From an uncultured Bacillota bacterium (GTDB lineage Bacteria; Bacillota; Clostridia; Oscillospirales; Oscillospiraceae), in assembly GCA_947172355.1 (NCBI GenBank), contig CAMWBA010000001.1, positions 3,196 through 67,195 of the forward strand: DNA of 64,000 nucleotides. The letters are read 5' to 3'. Shown here piece after piece: positions 11,360 through 20,403 of the stretch (position 1 is its first letter; each line of letters opens with the position of its first letter). Both the position numbers and the translations under genes were made by a program. The notes under the pieces are model-generated. The model made no database searches and was not told where the DNA came from. It saw only the letters and a program-made list of their open reading frames with translations.

Positions 11360-11397
11360 TGTAACCTTATTGTAACCTATCCAGCTGGAATTGGCAA
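11360..11397 (-). promoter_or_regulatory. distal promoter upstream of ftsE overlapped by a WalR-type box
   Basis: minus strand TTGCCA-17-TACAAT; plus strand TGTAAC-CTTAT-TGTAAC at 11360-11376. Confidence 0.6.
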
Positions 11398-11442
11398 GAG
11401 GGTTATGAGAAATTTTTTTAGGACCTGTTTGATCCACTTCAA

Positions 11443-11473
11443 AAAAACAGCGCCGTCCGGCAGGACGGCGCTG
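11443..11473 (-). terminator. terminator of the CdaR/PucR regulator gene
   Basis: cagcgccgtcc-ggca-ggacggcgctg with a U-tract on the minus strand. Confidence 0.75.
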
Positions 11474-11482
11474 ACACTATGT

Positions 11483-12574
11483 TTAAGATTCAATTCCCCG
11501 GGAAATCAGATATTTCTTTACCATCAAAGCCACCTTAAAGGTAATGGCATCGTCGAACTCCCGCAGATCCAGTCCAGTGAGCTTCTTGATTTTCTCCAAC
11601 CGGTAGACCAGGGTATTCCGGTGGACAAAGAGCTTCCGGGCCGTTTCCGAGACATTCAAATTGTTCTCAAAGAACTTGTTGATGGTGAGCAGAGTCTCCT
11701 GGTCCAAGGCGTCAATGGGACTTTTCTTAAACACTTCCTGGAGGAACATCTGACACAGGATGGTAGGCAGCTGATAGATCAAGCGGCCAATGCCCAAGTT
11801 CTCATAATTGATGACGGTTTTCTCTGTGTCAAAGACTTTGCCCACATCAATCGCCACCCCGGCCTCCTTATAGGCTCGGGCCAAGTCCCGGATATGGGGC
11901 ACGATGGTGCCGATGCCGATGACCACCTTCACCCCCAGCTCCTGGGTAACTGCGGTGACAATCTGCTTTGCAATCTTGCCCAGCTCCTTGGAGTCGGCCC
12001 CCTCGGGCAGCTGCTTAATCAGGGCTACATCCGTCTCATTGATGGAGATCACAAAGTCGGACTGCTTGTCCGGAAAAAGATTTTGAATCACGTCGATGAC
12101 GGAGACGTCAGCCGGCCCCAGCTGGCGCACCAAAAAGGCGGCCCGAGGCACTTCAGAGACAAAATGGAGCTCTTTCGCCTGGGTATATACATCACCCAGA
12201 AGAATATTGTCTGAGATAATATTCTTGACAAAGGTAGCTTTATCGTGCTTCTCCTCATAATAGGTCTTGGCTCCATTGAAAGCCACTACCGCCATCGCAC
12301 ACAGAGAGGCAGCCATCTCGTCCTCGCCCTTGACAAAGGCGGCATAGTCAAACTGAGCTCCCCAGCCCGCCAAAGGCTTGAAGGTCCTGCCCTCAAACCG
12401 GGCCAGCCCGTTGTCCGCCCCGTTGATGGCGGCTACTGCGCCGGACCAGTGCTCGCCAATGCAGGTAAGCTCACTGCAGGCGACCACGATTCCCTCCGAG
12501 TCCACCACACCAATTGTGCGGCTGATATTGTCCTTCATTTGGAGTACGACACCCTGGAACATCCTGCTGGACAC
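11483..12574 (-). CDS. CdaR/PucR family transcriptional regulator
   Basis: C-terminal NLNVSETARKLFVHRNTLVYRLEKI HTH; GTG start after aggaggg. Confidence 0.9.
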   Translation of the reverse strand: MSSRMFQGVVLQMKDNISRTIGVVDSEGIVVACSELTCIGEHWSGAVAAINGADNGLARFEGRTFKPLAGWGAQFDYAAFVKGEDEMAASLCAMAVVAFNGAKTYYEEKHDKATFVKNIISDNILLGDVYTQAKELHFVSEVPRAAFLVRQLGPADVSVIDVIQNLFPDKQSDFVISINETDVALIKQLPEGADSKELGKIAKQIVTAVTQELGVKVVIGIGTIVPHIRDLARAYKEAGVAIDVGKVFDTEKTVINYENLGIGRLIYQLPTILCQMFLQEVFKKSPIDALDQETLLTINKFFENNLNVSETARKLFVHRNTLVYRLEKIKKLTGLDLREFDDAITFKVALMVKKYLISRGIES

Positions 12575-12691
12575 AGCGATCCCTCCTACATTATCGTCGT
12601 TTTTGTTCGGTCTTGCTTCCCTATTATAACGGTTGTCCCCCCTGTTTGGCAAGGGGTTTTTTTAATTTTTTTGTTCAGTTTGCCCAAAAAT

Positions 12692-13411
12692 TCAGGTAGT
12701 CACCTCTAACCCCTGCAGTTCTGCCCGCTCCACCGGTGTCAAAAACCGCCATTTTCCCGGTTGTAGTTCCTCGTCCAGCGTCAAAGGTCCCATAGACTGC
12801 CGGTGGAGGGTGCGCACCGGCTTGCCCCGTGCAGCCAGCATCCGTTTCACCTGATGGTACTTCCCCTCCTGCAAGGTGACCAGGCAAATATTCCCTTCCC
12901 CCAAGGGCTCCAGACCGGCGGGGAGACATCGCAGTCCATCCGCCAGTACCATACCGGCCGCCAGGGCGTCTATGTCCCCCTGGTCCACTCTGCCCTCTAT
13001 ATGCGCCAGATAGACCTTGGGCACATGGCTCTTGGGAGAGAGCAGCCGGTGTGCCAACGCTCCATCGTCGGTGAGGAGAAGCAGTCCGGTGGTGTCCTTG
13101 TCCAGCCGTCCCACCGGAAACAATCCCCGCCTCTTCAGCTCTTGGGGCAGCAGGTCCAACACGGTAGCCTGGTTTCTGTCCTCGGTGGCAGACAGCACCC
13201 CAGCCGGCTTATTCAGCATCACATAGACAAAGGGAGCGCAGTCCACGATCTGGCCATCCACCGCGAAAACGGCATTTACAGGGTCAACCTTTTCCTCCGG
13301 TCCGGCCGCAGCTCTGCCATCTACCCAAACCCGGCCCTGGCTGACCAGCGTTTTCACCTCTTTCCGGCTCCACCGTCCCGTGGAGCTCAGAAGCTTGTCT
13401 AAACGTTCCAT
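12692..13411 (-). CDS. rsuA: RsuA-family pseudouridine synthase
   Basis: S4 domain (RLDKLL), LNKPAG, GRLDKDTTGLLLLTDDG, EGKYHQVKRM. Confidence 0.85.
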   Translation of the reverse strand: MERLDKLLSSTGRWSRKEVKTLVSQGRVWVDGRAAAGPEEKVDPVNAVFAVDGQIVDCAPFVYVMLNKPAGVLSATEDRNQATVLDLLPQELKRRGLFPVGRLDKDTTGLLLLTDDGALAHRLLSPKSHVPKVYLAHIEGRVDQGDIDALAAGMVLADGLRCLPAGLEPLGEGNICLVTLQEGKYHQVKRMLAARGKPVRTLHRQSMGPLTLDEELQPGKWRFLTPVERAELQGLEVTT

Positions 13412-13427
13412 CGACGTCCTCTTTTCC

Positions 13428-13456
13428 GCATACCACCCCTTCGCCTTGCATATAGT
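13428..13456 (+). promoter_or_regulatory. sigmaE-type sporulation promoter
   Basis: GCATAC...CATATAGT with ATA-N16-CATA spacing, same architecture as the site upstream of sipL. Confidence 0.5.
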
Positions 13457-13492
13457 AGAAGGAAATCAAAGCCAAGGAAGGAGATATGCGCT

Positions 13493-13966
13493 GTGTTGAT
13501 TATGACCGCGAAGATGCCCAGACGGAAGCTGACCTGGGGGGTCGCCGCGGCAGCCTTGTTATGCTGCTGCGCCATCGCCCTCAACTTTGGGCAGGCTGTC
13601 CGGGAGGTGTCCGCCTCCAGCCTCCCCAGCCCCAAGGGGGTGAGATCCAATCAGGACCGGGTGGACTATCTGTCCGCCTATGGCTGGCAGGTGAGTTCAG
13701 ACCCCATCGCCACACAGGAACTGCTTATTCCCGAGGAGATGGACGAGAGCTATGATGAGTACCTAGCCCTTCAGACCGACCAAGGCTTCGATCTAAAAAA
13801 ATATGCCGGCAAGCGGGTAAAACGGTACACTTATGAGGTGCTCAACTATCCCAGCGGCGAAACCGGGGTTCAGGCCAACCTCCTCATCTGTAAAAACACC
13901 GTGGTAGGCGGAGAGATCCTCTCTCCCCGGCTGGACGGTTTTCTTCATGGACTGGCGATGCCGTGA
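13493..13966 (+). CDS. DUF4830-like exported/membrane protein
   Basis: N-terminal TM segment; YGW, IP, YLALQ.DQGFDL..YAGK.V.RYTY.V.NYP pattern. Confidence 0.7.
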   Translation: MLIMTAKMPRRKLTWGVAAAALLCCCAIALNFGQAVREVSASSLPSPKGVRSNQDRVDYLSAYGWQVSSDPIATQELLIPEEMDESYDEYLALQTDQGFDLKKYAGKRVKRYTYEVLNYPSGETGVQANLLICKNTVVGGEILSPRLDGFLHGLAMP

Positions 13967-14023
13967 ACGCCATTGGGAGAGGGCGTTGAATTGGTATCCA
14001 TAGCTTCCTCTGCCAAGGAAGCC

Positions 14024-14848
14024 TCACTTTTCCACAAGATGCACATTCAGATGGTCATAGGTCATCTCTACCCCATGCCGGGCAAAGGATTCCCGAACTT
14101 CCTCAATAATTCTGTAATATGTGTCCCAGTAATCGGCGGAGAGGGTCCAAAGCCGAACCAGGTATTCAATGCTGCTGGCCTGATATTCCGAAACATAGAC
14201 TGCCGGGGCAGGGTCATCTAAAATCTGTGGAATATCGGACAACACTTCCTGAATGGCGGTACGCACCAGGGCGGTGGCGGCATCGTAGCTGGCGGTAAAC
14301 TTCAAATCCATCCGCCGCTGGCCTAAGACGTTGTAGTTAATGATCTTCACGGCAGACAGCTGGCTGTTGGGGACAAAAATCTCTTTGTTGTCCGGCGTGG
14401 TGAAGGTGGTGTATGCCAAACCGACAGCGGTGATGGCGCCGCTTATCCCGTCCGCCTCCACATAATCCCCCACCGCAAAGGGTTTGGTCACCAGCAGCAC
14501 CAGCCCGCCGGCCAGATTGGCTAGGGTATTTTGCAGCGCCAAAGAGACGGCCAGCCCCGCCACACTGAGCATGGCAATGATAGAGGTTGTCTCAATTCCC
14601 AAGGTGCCGGCCAGCATCAGAGCCAGCAAAAACCAGAGGAACACCTTTACGGTGGTGCGGATGTACACCTTAATAGCGGCCACCGACTTGGAGCGCTCCA
14701 GAAGCCGGTCCACCATCCGCGTCAGCAGCCGGATCACCAGCCAGCCTGCCAACACCAAAATGAGCACCCGCATCAGCTCGCCCAGCGTCAAATCTTTCAT
14801 GCCCACCGTCTTGCCCACGGTCTGCAGGACCTCCTCTACCGTTTCCAT
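14024..14848 (-). CDS. mscS: small-conductance mechanosensitive channel
   Basis: three TM segments, GLAVSLALQNTLANLAGG, KPFAVGDYV, VPNS. Confidence 0.9.
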   Translation of the reverse strand: METVEEVLQTVGKTVGMKDLTLGELMRVLILVLAGWLVIRLLTRMVDRLLERSKSVAAIKVYIRTTVKVFLWFLLALMLAGTLGIETTSIIAMLSVAGLAVSLALQNTLANLAGGLVLLVTKPFAVGDYVEADGISGAITAVGLAYTTFTTPDNKEIFVPNSQLSAVKIINYNVLGQRRMDLKFTASYDAATALVRTAIQEVLSDIPQILDDPAPAVYVSEYQASSIEYLVRLWTLSADYWDTYYRIIEEVRESFARHGVEMTYDHLNVHLVEK

Positions 14849-14909
14849 AGCGCTCCTCCTTTGAAAAACAGCCGGCCTCTGGCCGGCTGTTCGCTGTCAT
14901 GTCCTAGAA

Positions 14910-15941
14910 TCAATAATTCATCTGCTTCCGGCGGGACAGATTCATAGTGCCATCCTGCATCTGGTCCAAACTGTCCAGGCTCTTGCCTGTGCCGTAAGCC
15001 ACACAAGAGATAGCGTCGTCCGCCACATGCGTCTCAATGCCGGTGTGGGACTGGACCAGCTTGTCAAAGCCCCACAGCAGAGAGCCGCCGCCTGTCATCA
15101 CAATGCCGTTGGTGGAGATATCGGCCACCAGCTCGGGCGGCGTGCGCTCCAAAACGCCGTGGATAGCCTCCAGAATGGCGGAGGATGTCTCCTCAAAGGC
15201 CTCAATCATTTCACTGGAGGAGACGTTAAACACCCGGGGCAGACCCGTCATAAGGCAGCGGCCCTTAATCTCCATGGTGACCTCCTCCGGCCTTGGGAAG
15301 ACACAGCCGATGTTCATTTTCAGCTCCTCGGCGGTGCGGTCGCCGATAAGGACGTTGTGCTTGCGGCGGATATACTTGACCACCGCCTCGTCAAATTTGT
15401 CGCCGGCCACCTTGATGGAGGCGGACTCCACCACGCCGCCCAGGGAGATGACGGCGATGTCAGCGGTGCCGCCGCCGATGTCCACCACCATGTGGCCGTC
15501 AGGCTTGGTGATGTCGATGCCTGCGCCAATGGCGGCGGCCACCGGCTCTTCGATGAGATAGGCCCGGCGGGCGCCAGCCTGGATGCCAGCATCCACCACG
15601 GCGCGCTCTTCCACCTCGGTGATCCCAGAGGGAACGCAGATAAGCAGGCGGGGCTTGAACAGAGAGAAGGAGGTGACCTTTTTCATAAATTCCTTCAGCA
15701 TTCGCTCGGTCATATCATAGTCCGAGATAACGCCCTCCCGCAGAGGACGCATAGCCACAATGTTGCCCGGGGTACGGCCCAGCATGGCCTGTGCCTCGGT
15801 GCCCACCTTCAGCAGCTTTCCGGTGTTCTTGTCCATGGCCACCACAGAGGGCTCCCGCAGGACCACACCCTTATTTCTGATATATACCAAGACCGAGGCG
15901 GTGCCCAGGTCAATGCCAATGTCCTTACTGAAAAAACCCAT
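14910..15941 (-). CDS. mreB: rod shape-determining protein MreB/Mbl
   Basis: GIDLGTA, EPSVVA, IEEPVAAAIG, VVDIGGGT, MTGGGSLL. Confidence 0.95.
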   Translation of the reverse strand: MGFFSKDIGIDLGTASVLVYIRNKGVVLREPSVVAMDKNTGKLLKVGTEAQAMLGRTPGNIVAMRPLREGVISDYDMTERMLKEFMKKVTSFSLFKPRLLICVPSGITEVEERAVVDAGIQAGARRAYLIEEPVAAAIGAGIDITKPDGHMVVDIGGGTADIAVISLGGVVESASIKVAGDKFDEAVVKYIRRKHNVLIGDRTAEELKMNIGCVFPRPEEVTMEIKGRCLMTGLPRVFNVSSSEMIEAFEETSSAILEAIHGVLERTPPELVADISTNGIVMTGGGSLLWGFDKLVQSHTGIETHVADDAISCVAYGTGKSLDSLDQMQDGTMNLSRRKQMNY

Positions 15942-16045
15942 AATTTTCCACCCTACATACTTTCTATCATAATTTTTCTATTTTCTGCCGCTCCAGCTTC
16001 GCCTCTCAGCCAACAGCCAGGCGGCTTTGCATTAAACCAACCTAT

Positions 16046-16074
16046 ATTATAGCCGGACTGTCCCGGGTTTTCAA
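16046..16074 (-). promoter_or_regulatory. sigmaA promoter of mreB
   Basis: minus strand TTGAAA-17-TATAAT. Confidence 0.65.
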
Positions 16075-16776
16075 TCATTTTTTCCAACAATTTTCCTCTT
16101 TTTTTGCGGCAGTTTTCCCATCTCTCCGTGCTTGGGCCAAAGTAAGGCACCAGACCCGCTCCGCACCTGCCATGCGAAGCAGTCCAGCGCACTCGCTGAG
16201 GGTGGCGCCAGAAGTGACCACATCGTCCACCAGCACCACCCGTTTTCCCATCAGATCCACCCCAGGCAACAGGGCATAGGCTCCCCGGGCATTGGCCCGG
16301 CGGGCACTCTCCTCCTCCAGCTCTGACTGGGGCCGGGTATGTCTTCTCTTTTCCAGCAGCGGGACCGCCGGGATCGCGCACAGCCGTCCCACCTCCTCCG
16401 CCATCCGCCGCGCCTGGTCGAATCCCCGCTCCCGCAGCCGCTTCCTGGCCAAAGGCGCCCAGCAGATCAGGTCCGCCCTCTGGGGCATGCGGTCGGTCAG
16501 ACACTGGGCCATCAGCTGTGCAAAGGGTTTTCCCAAGGCCCGCACCCGGCTGAACTTGTAGCGGCGGATCGCCTCAGGCACGCCGTCTCGGTAAGCCAGC
16601 GGGGAGAAACAGCCGTCGGCAAAGTCCACCTTTCGCTCCCCTGCCTCCCCTGTCAACCAGGGCAGCCTGGGCCGACAGACCGGACACAGGGGCGCTCTTG
16701 GATCCTCCAAAATTCTTTGGCAGAACGGGCATTTGGGTGGAAACAGCAGGTCAAGGACCTTCTCTCCAACCTTCAT
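16075..16776 (-). CDS. comF: ComF family protein (Zn finger plus PRTase)
   Basis: CPFC...CPVC, RERGFDQ, LVDDVVTSGAT. Confidence 0.9.
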   Translation of the reverse strand: MKVGEKVLDLLFPPKCPFCQRILEDPRAPLCPVCRPRLPWLTGEAGERKVDFADGCFSPLAYRDGVPEAIRRYKFSRVRALGKPFAQLMAQCLTDRMPQRADLICWAPLARKRLRERGFDQARRMAEEVGRLCAIPAVPLLEKRRHTRPQSELEEESARRANARGAYALLPGVDLMGKRVVLVDDVVTSGATLSECAGLLRMAGAERVWCLTLAQARRDGKTAAKKEENCWKK

Positions 16777-16955
16777 TTCAGCTCGTCCTCTGGAATAGGG
16801 CCGTGCTTCTTCTCAAATTCCCGGATGCAGGATAGGATCAGATAATAAGCCTGACCATTGATTGTACGGCCTTCATACTTGGCAATATAGCGCAGCTTTT
16901 TGTGAATTTCCGGGCTGACTCGAAGCCCGATATTTTTAATTGCCTCTTTGTTCAT
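16773..16955 (-). CDS. Arc/ribbon-helix-helix DNA-binding protein
   Basis: 60 aa, IGLRVSPEIHKKLRYIAKYEGRTINGQ RHH pattern; ATGA overlap with comF. Confidence 0.75.
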   Translation of the reverse strand: MNKEAIKNIGLRVSPEIHKKLRYIAKYEGRTINGQAYYLILSCIREFEKKHGPIPEDELK

Positions 16956-17064
16956 GCCATATGCTCCATTTCTCAGAGTCAAGTTTTATGAGCATATGGT
17001 ATATGATTTGCAATCTTTCGCTCTAATTTGCATGCAGTTTATATGCAGTTTTTTTAGTAGAACG

Positions 17065-17097
17065 AAAAGCCTTCCCCATGGAAGGGGGAAGGCTTTT
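17065..17097. terminator. intrinsic terminator
   Basis: aaaagccttcccc-atggaa-ggggaaggctttt. Confidence 0.7.
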
Positions 17098-17159
17098 CCT
17101 GCGGGGGACAAAGGGATGAAAAACCGGCAGCCCGCCGGCTTAGGCGGGCTGTCCTGCAG

Positions 17160-17873
17160 TTATTCCTCCTCAATAGGCATAGGGGCTTCCACCCGGTTTC
17201 GGTCCGACTCGTTATAGCTTTGGGCAAGTCCCTCCAGGGCGGTCTCCTGCTCCCCCATCAGCCGGTTCACTTGATCCAGGCAGCTGTTTGCTTTCTCCAG
17301 CTCACTGGCGGCATGGGAGACGGTGGCCTCCACCTGACTTCGCAGGGTCTCATACTCCCGGCCCAACCGCTGAAGCCACTGGTTTACCTGGCGGCGGGTG
17401 CGCTGGGCATCGCTCTCCGCCTTCTCCAAAACAGCTTGGGCCCGGCGGTGGGCATCCAGCTCCACACCGGCGGTGCGCTCTTTGATCTCGCGGTAGGTCT
17501 GGGCATCCGGCCGCAGTTCCTCTGTCTGAGCCAATGCCGCATCCCGCTCCCGGCGGGTCTGCTCCAGCTCCCGGGTGGTCTGGGCCAGCCGGTCCTGTTC
17601 GGCATCCAAATCCAAATTGACCCGCTCCAGCTGAAGGTTGAGACTATCCCGGCTCTGTCGGGCGGTCTCCAGCTCCCGCTGCCGTTCCGCCAGCTGGATC
17701 TGCAAATCCTCTTTCTCCCTGCGCAGCGCCTCATTTTGGCGGTTCAGCTCCTCTAGCTGCTGCTGAAGAGACTGCTGCGCCTGAGCCGACTGCTTAGCCT
17801 GCTCTTCTAAAAAGGAGAGCACATCCTGTTTATTAAAACCGCCCAGCGCGGCGGAACGGAAGGGATGATCCAT
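17160..17873 (-). CDS. DivIVA-like coiled-coil protein
   Basis: N-terminal FRSAALGGFNKQDVLSFLE DivIVA-type motif followed by a long coiled coil. Confidence 0.65.
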   Translation of the reverse strand: MDHPFRSAALGGFNKQDVLSFLEEQAKQSAQAQQSLQQQLEELNRQNEALRREKEDLQIQLAERQRELETARQSRDSLNLQLERVNLDLDAEQDRLAQTTRELEQTRRERDAALAQTEELRPDAQTYREIKERTAGVELDAHRRAQAVLEKAESDAQRTRRQVNQWLQRLGREYETLRSQVEATVSHAASELEKANSCLDQVNRLMGEQETALEGLAQSYNESDRNRVEAPMPIEEE

Positions 17874-18067
17874 GATACGCACCTCTCTGAAAGCGGCCAG
17901 GGAACGCCGCTGATTTTGTAGTTACTTGAGGCATTTTAACATAGTTTGCCGCAAATTACAATCACTTCTCTGTCATTGCCGCAAAATCCCCATATTTTAT
18001 TGACGCAGGGCCCCTGAAATGATATACTGTCTTAGTTTTAGAGAACATTTTCCAGGGGGGATTTGGC

Positions 18068-18931
18068 ATGTGGCTGTCCGACAAGTGGAGCGACTACCAG
18101 CTGATCGACTGCGGCGGCGGGGAAAAACTGGAGCGCTGGGGAACCCAGCTTTTGGTCCGGCCCGACCCCCAGGCTATTTGGAACACCCCCCGGTCTCACC
18201 CAGGCTGGAAGAAAAACGCCGGGCGCTATGCCCGCTCCTCCACCGGGGGCGGACAGTGGCAGAATAAGTCCATGCCGGAGCGGTGGACGGTTCGCTATGG
18301 CGGGCTGACCTTCAACGTCAAGCCCATGAACTTCAAGCACACCGGCCTCTTTCCCGAGCAGGCCGCCAACTGGGACTTTGCGATGGAGCAGATTAAAAAG
18401 GCCGGCCGACCGGTGAATGTGCTCAACCTGTTCGCCTACACCGGCGGCGCTACTGTGGCCTGCGCCGCCGCCGGAGCCTCTGTCTGCCACGTGGATGCCG
18501 CCAAGGGGATGGTCCAGTGGGCCCGGGAAAACGCCAAATCTTCCGGACTGGAGAAGGCCCCCATCCGCTGGATTGTGGACGACTGCGCCAAATTTGTTGA
18601 GCGGGAAATCCGTCGGGGCCGGAAGTACGACGCCATCATTATGGATCCCCCCTCCTATGGCCGGGGCCCTACCGGCGAGGTATGGAAGCTGGAGGAAAAC
18701 CTGTACTCCTTTGTCCAGCTAGTCTCCGGCGTGCTGTCTGACAGCCCGCTGTTTGTCATTTTGAACTCCTACACTACCGGCCTGGCCCCCAGCGTAGTCA
18801 CCTATATTCTTGAACTTTTAATCTCCAAACAATTCGGCGGTCACACCATCTCAGACGAACTGGGGCTGCCCGTTACAGAAAGTGGCCTGGCTCTCCCCTG
18901 TGGAGCCACAGGACGGTGGACCCGGAACTGA
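18068..18931 (+). CDS. class I SAM-dependent methyltransferase (RlmI/RlmK-like)
   Basis: HTGLFPEQ, VLNLFAYTG, HVDA, IMDPPSYG. Confidence 0.85.
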   Translation: MWLSDKWSDYQLIDCGGGEKLERWGTQLLVRPDPQAIWNTPRSHPGWKKNAGRYARSSTGGGQWQNKSMPERWTVRYGGLTFNVKPMNFKHTGLFPEQAANWDFAMEQIKKAGRPVNVLNLFAYTGGATVACAAAGASVCHVDAAKGMVQWARENAKSSGLEKAPIRWIVDDCAKFVEREIRRGRKYDAIIMDPPSYGRGPTGEVWKLEENLYSFVQLVSGVLSDSPLFVILNSYTTGLAPSVVTYILELLISKQFGGHTISDELGLPVTESGLALPCGATGRWTRN

Positions 18932-18945
18932 GAAAGGAGACCGTC

Positions 18946-19458
18946 ATGCTGAAGCAATTTGACGAATATTCCAGGCAGATTTCTCCGGAGGACTGGTATT
19001 TGGAAATTCTTCCTGCGCAAATTATCATACACAGCCTTAAAACCGGACGACAGGTCCAGGAGCCCTCCCTCATTGCTGTGGCACGCTCACAGCCGGACAA
19101 GCTGGCCGCCGCGGGCAGTGACGCACTCCAATACAAAGATGCCCCAGACATGCTGGTGTTCTCCCCCTTCCGCCAGGGGCAGATCGCCCATTATCCTGCG
19201 GCTCATGCCCTGCTGAAAGCGCTACTGAAACAGGCCGGACACGGCGCTGTCTCGATTCCAAAACCCATCCTATGCGTCCACATCCAGGCGCACACTACCC
19301 AGGTGGAGAAACAGGCTCTGGGAGAGGCCGCCATCCAGTGCGGCGCACGGAAGGTCTTTTTCTACACCGACTCCCTGCCCGTCATGCTGGACTGTGCCCA
19401 GGCGCGCAGGGATCTGCAAAGCGCCGTCATCATCCACATCGACCCGCAGGAGGGGTGA
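18946..19458 (+). CDS. truncated MreB-like protein (domain I only)
   Basis: 170 aa; [19 protein letters not shown] and KPILCV...[21 protein letters not shown] align by eye to the N-half of the window's MreB; RBS aaggag. Confidence 0.7.
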   Translation: MLKQFDEYSRQISPEDWYLEILPAQIIIHSLKTGRQVQEPSLIAVARSQPDKLAAAGSDALQYKDAPDMLVFSPFRQGQIAHYPAAHALLKALLKQAGHGAVSIPKPILCVHIQAHTTQVEKQALGEAAIQCGARKVFFYTDSLPVMLDCAQARRDLQSAVIIHIDPQEG

Positions 19459-19462
19459 CACC

Positions 19463-20305
19463 ATGGGAACCATCATCAAAACGGAAGATTTGCGCTTTTC
19501 CTACCCCGCCGTTGAGGGGGTCACCCCCGTGGTACTGGACGGCGTGGACCTGGAAATTGAGGAGGGCAGCTTTGTGGCCGTACTGGGTCACAACGGCTGC
19601 GGCAAATCCACTCTGGCCAAGCACATGAACGCCATTCTTCTCCCCTCCGGAGGAGCGGTGTACGTGGACGGTATCGACACCGCAGACGAGGACAAGTTGC
19701 TGGACATCCGCCGCACGGTGGGCATGGTGTTCCAGAATCCGGACAACCAGATTGTAGCCAATGTGGTGGAGGAGGATGTGGCCTTCGCTCCGGAAAACCT
19801 GGGGATTCCTCCGGCGGAGATACGCCAGCGGGTGGACGACGCACTGAAAGCGGTCAATATGTATGACCACCGGGAACACGCCCCCCATCTTCTGTCCGGC
19901 GGACAGAAGCAGCGGGTGGCCATTGCAGGGGTCATCGCCATGCAGCCCAGGTGTATTGTGCTGGACGAGCCCACCGCCATGCTGGACCCCATCGGGCGGA
20001 AGGATGTGCTGCGCACTATCAAGGCCCTGAACCGGGAGCGTGGGGTCACCGTGGTCCTCATCACCCACCACATGGACGAAGCCGCCCAGGCCGACCGGCT
20101 CATCGTCATGGCCAAGGGGAAGGTGGTAGCCGACGGCGCACCGAAAGCTGTTTTCTCTCAAGTGGAGGAACTGCGGAAGGTGGGGCTTACCGTTCCCCAA
20201 ACAACCCAGCTGCTGTGGGAACTGCGGCAGGAGGGGTACGACGTCCCCCTAGATGCCCTCTCCGACGAGGAGTGTGCCCAGGCGCTGTATGAACTGCTGC
20301 GGTGA
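19463..20305 (+). CDS. ecfA1: ECF transporter ATPase A1
   Basis: [35 protein letters not shown]. Confidence 0.93.
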   Translation: MGTIIKTEDLRFSYPAVEGVTPVVLDGVDLEIEEGSFVAVLGHNGCGKSTLAKHMNAILLPSGGAVYVDGIDTADEDKLLDIRRTVGMVFQNPDNQIVANVVEEDVAFAPENLGIPPAEIRQRVDDALKAVNMYDHREHAPHLLSGGQKQRVAIAGVIAMQPRCIVLDEPTAMLDPIGRKDVLRTIKALNRERGVTVVLITHHMDEAAQADRLIVMAKGKVVADGAPKAVFSQVEELRKVGLTVPQTTQLLWELRQEGYDVPLDALSDEECAQALYELLR

Positions 20306-20309
20306 TCCC

Positions 20310-20358
20310 CGTCCCGCCCGCAGGCAAAAAAGCTCCGTTTGCACGGAGTCTTTGGACG
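20310..20358 (+). repeat. structured intergenic repeat, copy A
   Basis: cgtcccgcccgYaggc-aaag[hairpin]cttt-ggRcg; related copy on the opposite strand at 22736-22788. Confidence 0.55.
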
Positions 20359-20403
20359 CGACCCTTTGGGCGTGTACCACTTAACGATAAGGATGTACCT
20401 TCT

